A stretch of 64,000 nt of DNA. It comes from Alistipes sp. CAG:435 (GTDB taxonomy: Bacteria; Bacteroidota; Bacteroidia; Bacteroidales; UBA932). The notes beneath the pieces are model-generated. The model was not told the origin of the DNA, did not search any database, and saw only the letters and a program-made list of their open reading frames with translations. The stretch is from the NCBI GenBank assembly GCA_000433355.1, contig FR893142.1, forward strand, positions 4,772 to 68,771. The letters run 5' to 3'. How positions within the stretch are numbered: the first letter of the stretch is position 1; every line of letters starts with the position of its first letter. A program made the translations under genes and the position numbers. Of the stretch, positions 10,127 through 20,267 are shown piece after piece.

Positions 10127-11524
10127 ATGCCACAGACACAGACCGCTCCTACGGAGCTTGGAAGTGAAAGCATAGGAATATTGCTCAAGAAGTACGCAGT
10201 CCCTGGAATCATCGCCATGACTGCGTCTTCTCTCTATAATATGGTGGACAGCATCTACATCGGGCATATTCCCGGATCGGGATCGCTGGCCATCTCGGGA
10301 CTTGCTGTCACGTTCCCGCTGATGAACCTCAGCACGGCGCTCGGCACTCTTGTCGGCGTCGGGGCGGCGACCATGATCTCCGTGCTGCTCGGACAGCGGA
10401 ACTACAAGATCGCCAACAAGGTTCTGGCCAACGAGGTGACCCTGAACTGCATCGTCGGCCTCCTGTTCACCGTGTTCTGCCTGATGTTCCTGGATCCGAT
10501 TCTCTATTTCTTCGGAGCCAGCGCCAACACGCTGAAGTACGCCAGGGACTATATGGAGATCATTCTCTACGGGAATGTCATCACTCATCTTTACTTTGGA
10601 CTGAACAGCATCATCCGGTCTTCGGGCAACCCGAAGATGGCAATGGGACTGACCCTTTTCACAGTGATCCTCAACAGCATCCTGGACCCGATATTCATTT
10701 TCACGTTCGGAATGGGTGTCCGCGGAGCCGCCTTGGCGACGGTGATTTGCCAGGCTGTCTCGCTGGCATATTCAATATACTATTTCACACGGAAGGACAA
10801 CGTCCTTCGTCTGCCGAAAGGGTTCTTCAGTCTTGAGTGGAGGATCGCAAAGGATTCATTGTCAATCGGTATGGGGCCTTTCCTTATGAACTCGGCCTCC
10901 TGCATCGTGACAATGTTCATCAACCAGCAGCTTCTCAAGTACGGCGGAGACCTTGCGATCGGAGCATACGGAATCATCAACAGGATCAACTTCCTGTTCA
11001 TCATGGTGGTGATGGGGTTCAACCAGGGAATGCAGCCTATCGCCGGCTACAATTTCGGGGCGAGGAAATATTCAAGGGTCCGCGAGGTATTCCTGCGCAC
11101 GTCAATGTGGGCCACGATCATAACCGGTTTCTGGTTCATCGCCTCGGAGTTCTTCCCGAAAGTGATGGTCAGCATCTTCACCAACGATCCAAGCCTTAAG
11201 GAGATGGCGGAGAAAGGATTGAGAGTGATGAACCCGGTTGTGCTGATCGTAGGCTGGCAGATGGTATCGACCAACCTGTTCCAGAGTCTCGGAATGGTCC
11301 GGAAGTCAATATTCCTGTCCCTCAGCCGCCAACTGCTTTACCTTGTGCCACTGCTGTACCTGATGCCGCTGTTCTTTGACATTCATGGAGTGTTCGCGGC
11401 GTTCCCTATCTCCGATGCGCTGGCCTGCGTCACGACATTGGTCATGATCGGCAATCTCATGCGCAAATTCAGCAGACTCAAGGACGGGGACGAGCCAACG
11501 ATCCTTGGAAGCGCGATCTCTTAA
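10127..11524 (+). CDS. MATE-family efflux transporter
   Basis: 465 aa with 12 predicted TM segments and the typical MATE N-terminus (LKKYAVPGIIAMTASSLYNMVDSIYIGH). Confidence 0.8.
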   Translation: MPQTQTAPTELGSESIGILLKKYAVPGIIAMTASSLYNMVDSIYIGHIPGSGSLAISGLAVTFPLMNLSTALGTLVGVGAATMISVLLGQRNYKIANKVLANEVTLNCIVGLLFTVFCLMFLDPILYFFGASANTLKYARDYMEIILYGNVITHLYFGLNSIIRSSGNPKMAMGLTLFTVILNSILDPIFIFTFGMGVRGAALATVICQAVSLAYSIYYFTRKDNVLRLPKGFFSLEWRIAKDSLSIGMGPFLMNSASCIVTMFINQQLLKYGGDLAIGAYGIINRINFLFIMVVMGFNQGMQPIAGYNFGARKYSRVREVFLRTSMWATIITGFWFIASEFFPKVMVSIFTNDPSLKEMAEKGLRVMNPVVLIVGWQMVSTNLFQSLGMVRKSIFLSLSRQLLYLVPLLYLMPLFFDIHGVFAAFPISDALACVTTLVMIGNLMRKFSRLKDGDEPTILGSAIS

Positions 11525-11530
11525 AAACTA

Positions 11531-12148
11531 ATGAATATGAACGGACAAAACACAATAATCAACATCGGACGCCAGTTCGGGAGCGGCGGAAAGCTCATCG
11601 CGTTAAAAATAAGCGAGACTCTGGGCGTCCCGGTCTATGACAACGAGTTGATCTCCAAGGCAGCCGACGAGAGCGGTTTCAGCAAGGAACTGTTCGAGCG
11701 CAGCGACGAGAAAAGAAGCATATTCAACATCTCATCATTCTTCGGGACCGGAAGGTTCGGCGGCGCGCAAAACTACGTCGGTGACAATGAGCTTTTCAAA
11801 ATCCAGAGCGAGGTCATCAGGAACATCGCGGCGAAAGGTCCGGCGATTTTCGTAGGCAGGTGCTCCAACTACATCCTCAGGGACTCTAAATGCCTGGATG
11901 TCTTCGTCTGCGCGCCTTTGGAGGACCGTGTGAAAAGGGTCTCCGAAAGATTGGGAATCAGCCCGGAGGAGGCCCGCACCAGAATCGGAAGACAGGACAG
12001 GACCAGGGAGACCTACTACAATTTCTTCACTTTCGGCAACTGGGGAGCGGCGTCTGACTATGACCTCTGCATCGACTCCTCGATTCTCGGAATAGACGGG
12101 ACAGCCGATTTCATCATCGACTTCGGAAGAAAGGCCGGACTGATCTAA
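11531..12148 (+). CDS. Cytidylate-kinase-like family P-loop protein
   Basis: IINIGRQFGSGG N-terminal P-loop, 205 aa. Confidence 0.55.
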   Translation: MNMNGQNTIINIGRQFGSGGKLIALKISETLGVPVYDNELISKAADESGFSKELFERSDEKRSIFNISSFFGTGRFGGAQNYVGDNELFKIQSEVIRNIAAKGPAIFVGRCSNYILRDSKCLDVFVCAPLEDRVKRVSERLGISPEEARTRIGRQDRTRETYYNFFTFGNWGAASDYDLCIDSSILGIDGTADFIIDFGRKAGLI

Positions 12149-12152
12149 GAAT

Positions 12153-13493
12153 ATGTCGGATTCCAGAACAAAAAGGTTGATCCTCACTTGCGCGGCGGGA
12201 CTGTCTGTCCTGCTGGTCGTCATCATAGCCGGTAAGTCAGCGTTCGGCAAGCGGATGGATAAGGAAACTGAATCGTGTCCTGTGCCGGTAAACCTCAACG
12301 AAACCCTTACAAACGAGATGTCAGACACGTCCTGCCTGGCCGGGTTCGATAAGATAGTCAAGGACTACCTGACTTACTGGGGAATACACGGAGCGTCCCT
12401 CTCGGTCATGAGAAACGACTCCCTGCTCTTCGCCAAAGGCTACGGGGAGGCCGACACCGACAAGAAAATGGGGCCCGGGAATATTCTGAGGATGGCGTCC
12501 GTCTCCAAGCTGGTGACAGCTGTGGGAATTATGGTTCTTCAGGAAAGAGGACTGCTGAGCATCAAGGACCACGTGTTCGGGCCGGATGGAATCCTGAACG
12601 ACTCAGCCTATGTCGCCGCCATAAAAGACACCTTATACAATAGGATTACGGTTGAAGACCTTCTGCGTCACAAGGGTGGTTTCTCCAAACGTGGCGGAGA
12701 CCCGATGTTCTCGACCCGCTGGATAATGATGCAGAACGGCTGGAAGGAGGTTCCCACACAGGAGCAACTGATGGAGCTCCAGCTCAAAAGGCGGGTGAGA
12801 TTCATTCCTGGCACCGCTCAGGAATATTCAAACTTCGGCTATCTGGCTCTTTCCATGGTGATTGAGAAGGTCAGCGGGATGGACTATGAGACCTTTATGC
12901 AGGAAAATGTGCTGCGGCCAATCGGATGCGTTGATTTCCATATCGCCGGCAACTACTACAAGCACAAGCTCCCCAACGAGACACGCTACTATGTCCAACA
13001 CGATGACGAGCCGGCGGAGGAGTTCAACAACAGCGGCCGTAAGGTCATCCGCTGCTACGGCGGCAACAATGTGACTGGTCTTTCCGGAGCGGGAGCCTGG
13101 GCGGCATCGACACCGGAACTGGCACTGCTCGTAGCCTCGATCGACGGCAGACCGGAAGTGCCTGACATCATCAGCAAGGAAAGCGTGGATCAGATGACTG
13201 AATATTTCGACGAGAGCACCTACTCGCTCGGTTGGAACGACACCAAGGACGGTTACTGGACACGTACCGGGACATTCGCCGGGACAAGCGCGCTGATCAA
13301 GTACTTCCCTGACGGGGAATGCTGGATATTCATTTCCAACACAAGCACTTACAAAGGGCCGGGGCTCGCGCGGCACACGGCGGAGCTTTTCGACAAGCTC
13401 AGAATGAAATATTCCTCGAAGTTTCCTCCGAGGAATATGTTCTATCCGCCTCATCAAAATACTTCAAGTGATGAGGAATGGTTTGATTATTAA
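12153..13493 (+). CDS. Serine hydrolase of the beta-lactamase/transpeptidase superfamily
   Basis: SxxK motif SVSK near the N-terminus and an N-terminal TM anchor. 446 aa. Confidence 0.6.
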   Translation: MSDSRTKRLILTCAAGLSVLLVVIIAGKSAFGKRMDKETESCPVPVNLNETLTNEMSDTSCLAGFDKIVKDYLTYWGIHGASLSVMRNDSLLFAKGYGEADTDKKMGPGNILRMASVSKLVTAVGIMVLQERGLLSIKDHVFGPDGILNDSAYVAAIKDTLYNRITVEDLLRHKGGFSKRGGDPMFSTRWIMMQNGWKEVPTQEQLMELQLKRRVRFIPGTAQEYSNFGYLALSMVIEKVSGMDYETFMQENVLRPIGCVDFHIAGNYYKHKLPNETRYYVQHDDEPAEEFNNSGRKVIRCYGGNNVTGLSGAGAWAASTPELALLVASIDGRPEVPDIISKESVDQMTEYFDESTYSLGWNDTKDGYWTRTGTFAGTSALIKYFPDGECWIFISNTSTYKGPGLARHTAELFDKLRMKYSSKFPPRNMFYPPHQNTSSDEEWFDY

Positions 13494-13495
13494 TA

Positions 13496-14407
13496 CTACT
13501 TGTTGACAAACATCACAGCCTCCGCGATGGAGTTCAGCTTGGTGTCAACGCTGTCGGCACGGCTTGCGAGCACGCAAGGGACAGTCGTTCCGACGAGCAT
13601 TCCAGCCTGCTTCACACCAGTGGCGAGTTTGGAGTTTGTCTTCCAGAACACATTGGCGGACTCGATGTTAGGGAACTCAAGACAGTCAGCGTCACCGGCA
13701 ACCGGGCTGACAAGTTTCTTGATCTCCACAGACTCCTTGTCGATCGCGACATCCAGAGCCAGAGGGCCGTCAGCGACACAGCCCTTGATCTGTCCGCGGT
13801 CAACCATCTTGGCGAGAGCGGCGGCCTCCATGCAGGCAGGCATGGAATCAAGCACCTGCTCGGATGCGGCGATGAACGCAAGCTTAGGCTTTGAGATGCC
13901 GAATGACTTGGCCACTCCGATGAGATAACCGGCGATCTTCACCTTCTGGCGGAAGTCAGGAAGAGGAATCACGGCCATGTCTGACAGGAAGAGGAGTTTG
14001 TGATAGTTAGGGCTTTCAATGACTCCGACGTGGCTGAGCACGCCCTTCTGAGGAAGAAGTCCGGTCTCCTTGTTGAGAATAGCGCGGAGGAACTTGTCCG
14101 TGGAGCAAAGCCCTTTCATCAGGACATCGCCCTCACCATCGTGAACAAGCTGAACGGCCTTTGAGACAGCCTTGAGTTCAACCGGCTCGTTGACAATCTC
14201 GAAGAGTTCGATGTCGATGTCGTTCTTCTGGCAGGTCTCTCTGATGAGTTCCTTGTCACCTACAAGGGTGACTTTCACGAAACCTAACTCCGAAGCCTTG
14301 GCGCAAGCCACAATTGTGTGCTCATCAACAGCCCAGGCGGCCACCAATCTTTTGCATACGCCCTTCTCTTTGAGTTCGGCGAATACGTCAGCGAATTTTG
14401 TGATCAT
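13496..14407 (-). CDS. pta: Phosphate acetyl/butyryl-transferase (PTA_PTB family, short form)
   Basis: 303 aa PTA_PTB fold. It is immediately downstream of ackA in the same orientation. Confidence 0.6.
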   Translation of the reverse strand: MITKFADVFAELKEKGVCKRLVAAWAVDEHTIVACAKASELGFVKVTLVGDKELIRETCQKNDIDIELFEIVNEPVELKAVSKAVQLVHDGEGDVLMKGLCSTDKFLRAILNKETGLLPQKGVLSHVGVIESPNYHKLLFLSDMAVIPLPDFRQKVKIAGYLIGVAKSFGISKPKLAFIAASEQVLDSMPACMEAAALAKMVDRGQIKGCVADGPLALDVAIDKESVEIKKLVSPVAGDADCLEFPNIESANVFWKTNSKLATGVKQAGMLVGTTVPCVLASRADSVDTKLNSIAEAVMFVNK

Positions 14408-14431
14408 GATATTTCTTTTTTTAGATTGATT

Positions 14432-15646
14432 CTATTCATCCATGCTCTGCACGAGGTGCATGGTGTCGCGCGCGATGACGAGTTCCTCGTCGGTGGTGAC
14501 AAGGGCGACCTTGACCTTGGAATCCGGCAGGGAGATCACCGTGTCAACTCCCCAGGCGGTGTTGGCCTCGTAGTCGAATGCAAGTCCGAGATAGGTGAAG
14601 TTCTCGCAGACCCTGCGGCGCAGACGGCTGTTGTGCTCGCCGATACCGCCGGTGAAGAAGATGGCGTCAACTCCGTTCATCTCGGCGGTGTAGGCTCCGA
14701 TGTACTTGATCATCTGGAATGTCAGCATCTTGAGTACAAGCTTGGCCTGGCGGTGGCCGTTGTTGGCGAGCTCGTCCAGCTCACGGGCGTCGGATGTCTT
14801 CTGTGAGACTCCGAGGAAACCGCTCTTCTTGTTCACGATGTCGTACATCTGATCAGGAGTGAGATTCTCCTTCTTCATCATGTAGAGGACGGCGTTTGCG
14901 TCCACGTCGCCGCAGCGGGTCCCCATGACCAGACCCTCAAGCGGAGTGAGACCCATAGAGGTGTCGATTGACTTTCCGTTCACGATAGCGGTGATGGAGC
15001 TTCCGTTACCGATGTGGCAGGTTATGATCCTTGAGTTGTTCAGATCAAGGCCGACCATCTCAGCGCCCTTCTTTGCCACGAACTGATGGCTCGTTCCGTG
15101 GGCGCCGTAGCGGCGGATGTGGTACTTGTCATAATATTCATAAGGGAGGCCGTACATGTAGGCGTAAGGCGGCATCGTCTGATGGAAGGCGGTGTCGAAC
15201 GTCACGACCTGAGGCACTGAAGGCAGAACCTCCTGGCAAGCCCTGATACCAAGCAGGTGGGCCGGGTTGTGGAGAGGGGCGAAGTCGCAGCAGAAGTCGA
15301 TCTTCTTGATGACATCCTCGTCCACGATGGCGCTTCCGGAGAAGAAATCGGCACCCTGCACGATTCTGTGGCCGACAGCCTCAATGTCGTCGAATGACTT
15401 GAGGACACCGCGGTCCTTGTCGATAAGGGCATCAAGCACAATCTGCATTCCGACCGTGTGGTCAGGGACAGGAAGATCCTTCACAACCTTCTCCTTACCC
15501 GCCGGAGTGTGCTGGAGCCTTCCGCATTCAAGGCCGATTTTCTCAACTATACCTTTGGCCAAAAGGGAGTAAACGTCATCGTTCTTCATGTCAAGCAGCT
15601 GGTACTTGATCGAAGAGCTTCCGCAATTGATAACAAGAATAATCAT
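14432..15646 (-). CDS. ackA: Acetate kinase
   Basis: Signature N-terminus ILVINCGSSSIKYQL. 404 aa. Confidence 0.85.
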   Translation of the reverse strand: MIILVINCGSSSIKYQLLDMKNDDVYSLLAKGIVEKIGLECGRLQHTPAGKEKVVKDLPVPDHTVGMQIVLDALIDKDRGVLKSFDDIEAVGHRIVQGADFFSGSAIVDEDVIKKIDFCCDFAPLHNPAHLLGIRACQEVLPSVPQVVTFDTAFHQTMPPYAYMYGLPYEYYDKYHIRRYGAHGTSHQFVAKKGAEMVGLDLNNSRIITCHIGNGSSITAIVNGKSIDTSMGLTPLEGLVMGTRCGDVDANAVLYMMKKENLTPDQMYDIVNKKSGFLGVSQKTSDARELDELANNGHRQAKLVLKMLTFQMIKYIGAYTAEMNGVDAIFFTGGIGEHNSRLRRRVCENFTYLGLAFDYEANTAWGVDTVISLPDSKVKVALVTTDEELVIARDTMHLVQSMDE

Positions 15647-15723
15647 TCCGTTTGAAATTTATGTAATTATGCTGACAAAGATACGAAATTTATAACTATT
15701 TTTACCGCATATCAAGGAACTGT

Positions 15724-16923
15724 GTGATGAATGAGGCGAGAGATATCGTAGGGATAAGTGTTCCTTTCACGGCCGGGGTCGCGATGGGGGTGGTTCTGTA
15801 CCCTCTTCTTTCCGGAGGACTGCCGTTCATCACTAGTTCGACTCTCCTTGTTCTCATTTGTATAACAACCTTATTGGTTCGCTTCGGCAAGCTCAGCGAC
15901 CGGAGCGGAAAGCGGTTGGTGAGCCTGTCGAACCTACCGCGTCTCGGCAGGCTGACGCGCTTAGGCAGGCTCAGCGGCCGGCGGATATTCTTTGCGGGAA
16001 TATTCATAGTCACGGGAATATTCTGCTCGTTGAATTATCACATCGCAAGCGGGATTCCTGAATATGAAAGCGGATTCATCGGTTCGGCGGCGGCCAATGC
16101 CGTCGGTACACTGCAGAACGTCATTGACAATATACCTTACCCGTCCGAGACCAGCGGCCCACTGGTGAAAGCCCTGCTGACCGGCGACAAAAGCGACCTG
16201 ACGAAAGAGATCACGGGAATATTCAGGGACAGCGGTGCCTCGCATATCCTCGCACTCTCAGGGCTGCATCTCGGTGTGCTTTATATCCTCCTTGCAAGGC
16301 TGACCGCACCTTTAGGCAATAGCCCGTGGATCAGAAGGTTGAGATATTCATTGATCATCGTGGCCGCACTTTTCTACTCCATTATGACCGGTGCCACGCC
16401 TTCGATCATCCGCGCATTCCTGTTCATCACCATCAACGAGACCGCCAAGCTGCTTGGACGGAAAAGGGAGCCGGTCAGGGTTCTGCTGGCCGCTCTGACC
16501 ATCCAGCTCGCCCTGAAGCCGGATGTCATCACCTCAGTGGCGTTCCAGCTGTCCTATATGGCGATGGCGGGAATATTCCTGCTCTTCCCTACCCTTGATC
16601 GGATCTATCCCGCACCAAACGGTTCTAAATTATCCAGATTCAATCCTTTACGGAAAATATGGAGCGCGGCGATGCTGTCAATCTCCTGCCAAGTTTTCAC
16701 CGGCCCGCTGGCGTGGTACCATTTCCACACTTTTCCCAAGTACTTCATTCTGACCAACCTGATCGCACTGCCACTGACAAGCGCGATCATAACCCTTTCC
16801 GTGGCCACAATCGCGCTGTCTTTCCTTGGAATATGTCCGGAGCCGCTGGTGATCCTCAACGATCACGCGATGCAGGCTCTGGTTTTTTGCCTGGAAATCA
16901 TTTCCGGGCTGGATAATCCTTAA
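15724..16923 (+). CDS. comEC: ComEC/Rec2-family competence membrane protein (competence domain only)
   Basis: Motif DSGASHILALSGLHLGV inside a polytopic membrane protein of 399 aa. Confidence 0.65.
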   Translation: MMNEARDIVGISVPFTAGVAMGVVLYPLLSGGLPFITSSTLLVLICITTLLVRFGKLSDRSGKRLVSLSNLPRLGRLTRLGRLSGRRIFFAGIFIVTGIFCSLNYHIASGIPEYESGFIGSAAANAVGTLQNVIDNIPYPSETSGPLVKALLTGDKSDLTKEITGIFRDSGASHILALSGLHLGVLYILLARLTAPLGNSPWIRRLRYSLIIVAALFYSIMTGATPSIIRAFLFITINETAKLLGRKREPVRVLLAALTIQLALKPDVITSVAFQLSYMAMAGIFLLFPTLDRIYPAPNGSKLSRFNPLRKIWSAAMLSISCQVFTGPLAWYHFHTFPKYFILTNLIALPLTSAIITLSVATIALSFLGICPEPLVILNDHAMQALVFCLEIISGLDNP

Positions 16924-16943
16924 CCTATTCTTTAGTAACATTC

Positions 16944-17092
16944 AAAAAATAACCTGCATCATCTTAAGGAATCTTTTCGGTCTAGATCTCTTTTCTCATC
17001 AGTCATGTGCCACCGGCACACTCCTTCTTCAAAAAAAGATCTATCCTCGAAAATCTTCTCTTAATCTGAAGCAACTTATTTTTTTCATGTTA
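16944..17092. repeat. Copy A of a roughly 150-nt conserved intergenic element (second copy at 27627-27777)
   Basis: Alignable to 27627-27777. A 75-nt core (16974-17048, about 92% identical) contains the hairpin TGTGCC-ACC-GGCACA. Flanking conserved blocks are aaaaaataac and caacttatttttttcatg. Confidence 0.7.
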
Positions 17093-18415
17093 CTTAACGT
17101 CTGCCAGATGAATCTTAGTCGTCCTGATTCCATAGAAGCAGACGACAATGAAGCAGATAAACGGCAGGATAAACGAAGCGTTCACAGCCGGCAGGAAACC
17201 GATCGTGCCCTTGTCGATGATCCAAGCCTGGAGCGGAGGAAGCACAGAGCCACCCAGAATGGCCATAATGAGGCCGGCGGCACCGAACTTGGCGTCATCC
17301 CCGAGCCCTCCGAGGGCGATTCCGTAGATCGTCGGGAACATCAGCGACATAAACCCGCTGACAGCCACAAGGCAATAAAGCCCGAGCCTGTTCTGCAGGA
17401 ATATCACGCCGGCAGTGGCGATCATTCCTCCTATAGCGAAGATTGTCAAGAGTTTGGACGGTTTCAGATATTTCATCAGCCAAGTGCACAGGAAGCGGCA
17501 GGTCACGAACAGGATCATCGCCGCGATGTTGTACTTCTGCGAAAGCACCTCGGCCGCCTGCTCGTCCATTCCCTCGGCCATAAACACTCTTGTGCCGTAC
17601 TGGATGATGAATGTCCAGCACATAATCTGCACACCGACATAGAAGAACTGAGCGATCACTCCCTCCCAGTACCGAGGCCTGTGAAGCAGGCGGTTCAGAA
17701 CCGGGCCGATGTTCATCTCGTGATCATTGTCGGCGTTCTTAGGCATCTTCGCGAAAAGTATCAAGACGAACATCACGATGATGACAAGGCCGACAACCCA
17801 GTAAGGTCCCGTAAGCACATTGAGATCAGCCTGTTTCATCGCCTCGAAGCTCGCATCGTCCAGAAGCGCCCGCTCGGCCGTGCTGGCCGGATGCAGCCTC
17901 GCCTGGATGAAGTTCATCGCCACGTACATTCCCATCAGCGAGCCGATCGGATTGAAGCACTGAGCGAAGTTCAGACGACGGGTCGAAGTCTCCTCCGTTC
18001 CCATACTCAGGATGTACGGATTGCAGCTGGTTTCAAGGAAAGACAGACCGCAAGTCATTATGAAATATGCGATAAGGAAAAAGCCATAGACACCGACAGA
18101 TTTGGCCGGAAGGAACAGCAGAGCCCCGAGCGCATAGAGTCCAAGCCCGACAAGAACGCCAGCCTTGTAGGAGAATTTCCTGATGAACATCGCCGCCGGA
18201 AGAGCCATACAGAAATAGCCGCCGTAGAATGCCACCTGGACCAGAGAGCCCTGCGTCACACTCATTCTGAATATCTTGGAGAATGCCTTGACCATCGGGT
18301 TGGTGATGTCGTTGGCGAATCCCCACAGGGCGAAACAGGTCGTTATGAGAATAAAAGGCAGGACGTAGCTTACTCCGCCTGCCTTTAAGATTGAATCCTT
18401 CTCCTTCATATTCAA
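17090..18415 (-). CDS. fucP: L-fucose:H+ symporter permease (MFS)
   Basis: 441 aa MFS with the characteristic FucP N-terminus (WGFANDITNPMVKAF). It lies directly downstream of fucI. Confidence 0.8.
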   Translation of the reverse strand: MNMKEKDSILKAGGVSYVLPFILITTCFALWGFANDITNPMVKAFSKIFRMSVTQGSLVQVAFYGGYFCMALPAAMFIRKFSYKAGVLVGLGLYALGALLFLPAKSVGVYGFFLIAYFIMTCGLSFLETSCNPYILSMGTEETSTRRLNFAQCFNPIGSLMGMYVAMNFIQARLHPASTAERALLDDASFEAMKQADLNVLTGPYWVVGLVIIVMFVLILFAKMPKNADNDHEMNIGPVLNRLLHRPRYWEGVIAQFFYVGVQIMCWTFIIQYGTRVFMAEGMDEQAAEVLSQKYNIAAMILFVTCRFLCTWLMKYLKPSKLLTIFAIGGMIATAGVIFLQNRLGLYCLVAVSGFMSLMFPTIYGIALGGLGDDAKFGAAGLIMAILGGSVLPPLQAWIIDKGTIGFLPAVNASFILPFICFIVVCFYGIRTTKIHLADVK

Positions 18416-18418
18416 GGA

Positions 18419-20191
18419 TTACTTGTAGATCGGACCGAAGTTCGCGCAGGCACGGAAGTCCGCACCCTCCTTGTCCATTCCGAACGCGTTCCAAGCCGCC
18501 GGACGGAATATCTTGGCATCGTCCACGTTGTGCATGCAGACAGGGATGCGGAGCATAGAGGCCAAGGTGATGAGGTCAGCGCCGATGTGTCCGTAGGAGA
18601 TCGCTCCGTGATTGGCGCCCCAATTGTTCATCACGCTGTAAACGTCCTTGAAGGCATCCTTCTTAGGGTCAAGGCGTGGGGTGAACCAGGTTGTAGGCCA
18701 GGTAGGGTCGGTACGCTTGTCGAGAACGGCGTGGATCTCAGGATCGATGTCCACAACCCATCCCTCGGCGATCTGGAGAACCGGTCCGAGCCCGTCCACG
18801 ATGTTGATTCTCGCCATTGTTGCAGGGAAATCTCCCCTTGACACGAAATGGATGCTGAATCCGCCGCCACGGAAGTAGTCCCTGTCGGCCGGCATCCATT
18901 GCGAGTGCTCAAGGCAGCGCTTCTCGTCCTCCTCGGTCATCTCCCAGAACGGCTTCATAACCGGATTACCCTCTGCGTCAGAGCTTTGTCCGCAGCCGTC
19001 CATAGTCGTGGCTCCGGAGTTGATGAGGTGGATGATTCCAGGGGCGGCCTTGCCGGTGAGTTCCTTGCCGGTCACCCTCTTGACAGCCTCAGGGCTCCAG
19101 TACGTCCTCACATCGGAGAAGATCTGAGGCCGGTTGGTCAGCAAGTGCGCCATAAGCATAGCCGTGCCGTTGAGCGAGTCGTTCTCTGTGGCAAGAATCG
19201 AAGGCTCCCTGCGGCCGTTCCAGTCGAAATTGGTGTTCAGAAGGGTCTCCGTGAAGTCCCCGTTAGGCATCCAGTCGGTCCACTGACGCTGTCCCTGGAA
19301 ACCTCCGGCGATGGCGTTGTGCCCAAGAGCCTCCTCCTTGAATCCCATCTCGCGGAGCTTAGGGTTGCCGTGCATAAGATCCATCACGATGATGGTCATC
19401 TTCACCACGAATTCCCAATCCTTGTCCTTCTGCTCACGGGTCTTTTGCTTGCCTTCAGGGTTCTTGTCCCAACCCTCGTTAGGCATACAGTATTTCTTGA
19501 CCCAGGCCATAGCCTTCTCGAACTCCTCAGGGTCGTATATTCCAAGATCCATACGCCTCAGGATCTCGACCTCATCTACACTTTCATTCCTCATTCCCAG
19601 ATACTTCTGGAAGAAGTTGGTGTCCACGATGGAGCCGGCGATGCCCATCGTAACACTGCCGATCGAAAGGTAAGACTCCCCTCTCATCTCCGCCACCGCG
19701 ACAGCGCCGCGGGCGAAACGGAGAATCTTCTCGGCCACATCCTCCGGGATCGAGTTGTCATCGAGATCCTGGACATCGTGACCGTATATTCCGAAAGCAG
19801 GAAGGCCCTTCTGTGCGTGCGCGGCAAGCACGGCGGCGAGGTAAACCGCACCAGGACGCTCCGTGCCATTGAATCCCCATACAGCCTTCGGCCAGTAAGG
19901 GTTCATATCCATGGTCTCGGAGCCGTAGCACCAGCAGGATGTCACGGTGATTGTTCCGCCGACACCCTCGCGCTCGAACTTCTCGGCGCAGGCGGCGCTC
20001 TCAGCCACACGGCCGATCGTACCGTCAGCGATGACACACTCCACCGGAGTGCCGTCGGTATATCTCAGATTGGAGGAAATGAGGGCGGCGACATTGGCCG
20101 CAAGGGTCATTGTCTTTTCCTCAAGACTTTCACGTACACCGCCTTGACGGCCATCTATGGTCGGACGGATTCCTATTTTAGGATGCTTCAT
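18419..20191 (-). CDS. fucI: L-fucose isomerase
   Basis: 590 aa with conserved FucI blocks ([31 protein letters not shown]). Confidence 0.85.
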   Translation of the reverse strand: MKHPKIGIRPTIDGRQGGVRESLEEKTMTLAANVAALISSNLRYTDGTPVECVIADGTIGRVAESAACAEKFEREGVGGTITVTSCWCYGSETMDMNPYWPKAVWGFNGTERPGAVYLAAVLAAHAQKGLPAFGIYGHDVQDLDDNSIPEDVAEKILRFARGAVAVAEMRGESYLSIGSVTMGIAGSIVDTNFFQKYLGMRNESVDEVEILRRMDLGIYDPEEFEKAMAWVKKYCMPNEGWDKNPEGKQKTREQKDKDWEFVVKMTIIVMDLMHGNPKLREMGFKEEALGHNAIAGGFQGQRQWTDWMPNGDFTETLLNTNFDWNGRREPSILATENDSLNGTAMLMAHLLTNRPQIFSDVRTYWSPEAVKRVTGKELTGKAAPGIIHLINSGATTMDGCGQSSDAEGNPVMKPFWEMTEEDEKRCLEHSQWMPADRDYFRGGGFSIHFVSRGDFPATMARINIVDGLGPVLQIAEGWVVDIDPEIHAVLDKRTDPTWPTTWFTPRLDPKKDAFKDVYSVMNNWGANHGAISYGHIGADLITLASMLRIPVCMHNVDDAKIFRPAAWNAFGMDKEGADFRACANFGPIYK

Positions 20192-20267
20192 AATATTGGA
20201 TGTTTTAATGTTAATGTCGTTTCAAAGCGCATCCGCAACCGAATGCGTAAGCGTAAATTTACGAATA

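Noticed and set aside
17003-17062. Tiny conserved ORF (MCHRHTPSSK...) inside the repeated element as a real micropeptide gene.
   Set aside because: It is kept only as a hypothesis inside the repeat-element finding. At 15-19 aa with two copies, the synonymous/conservative pattern rests on four substitutions, which is not enough to call a CDS.
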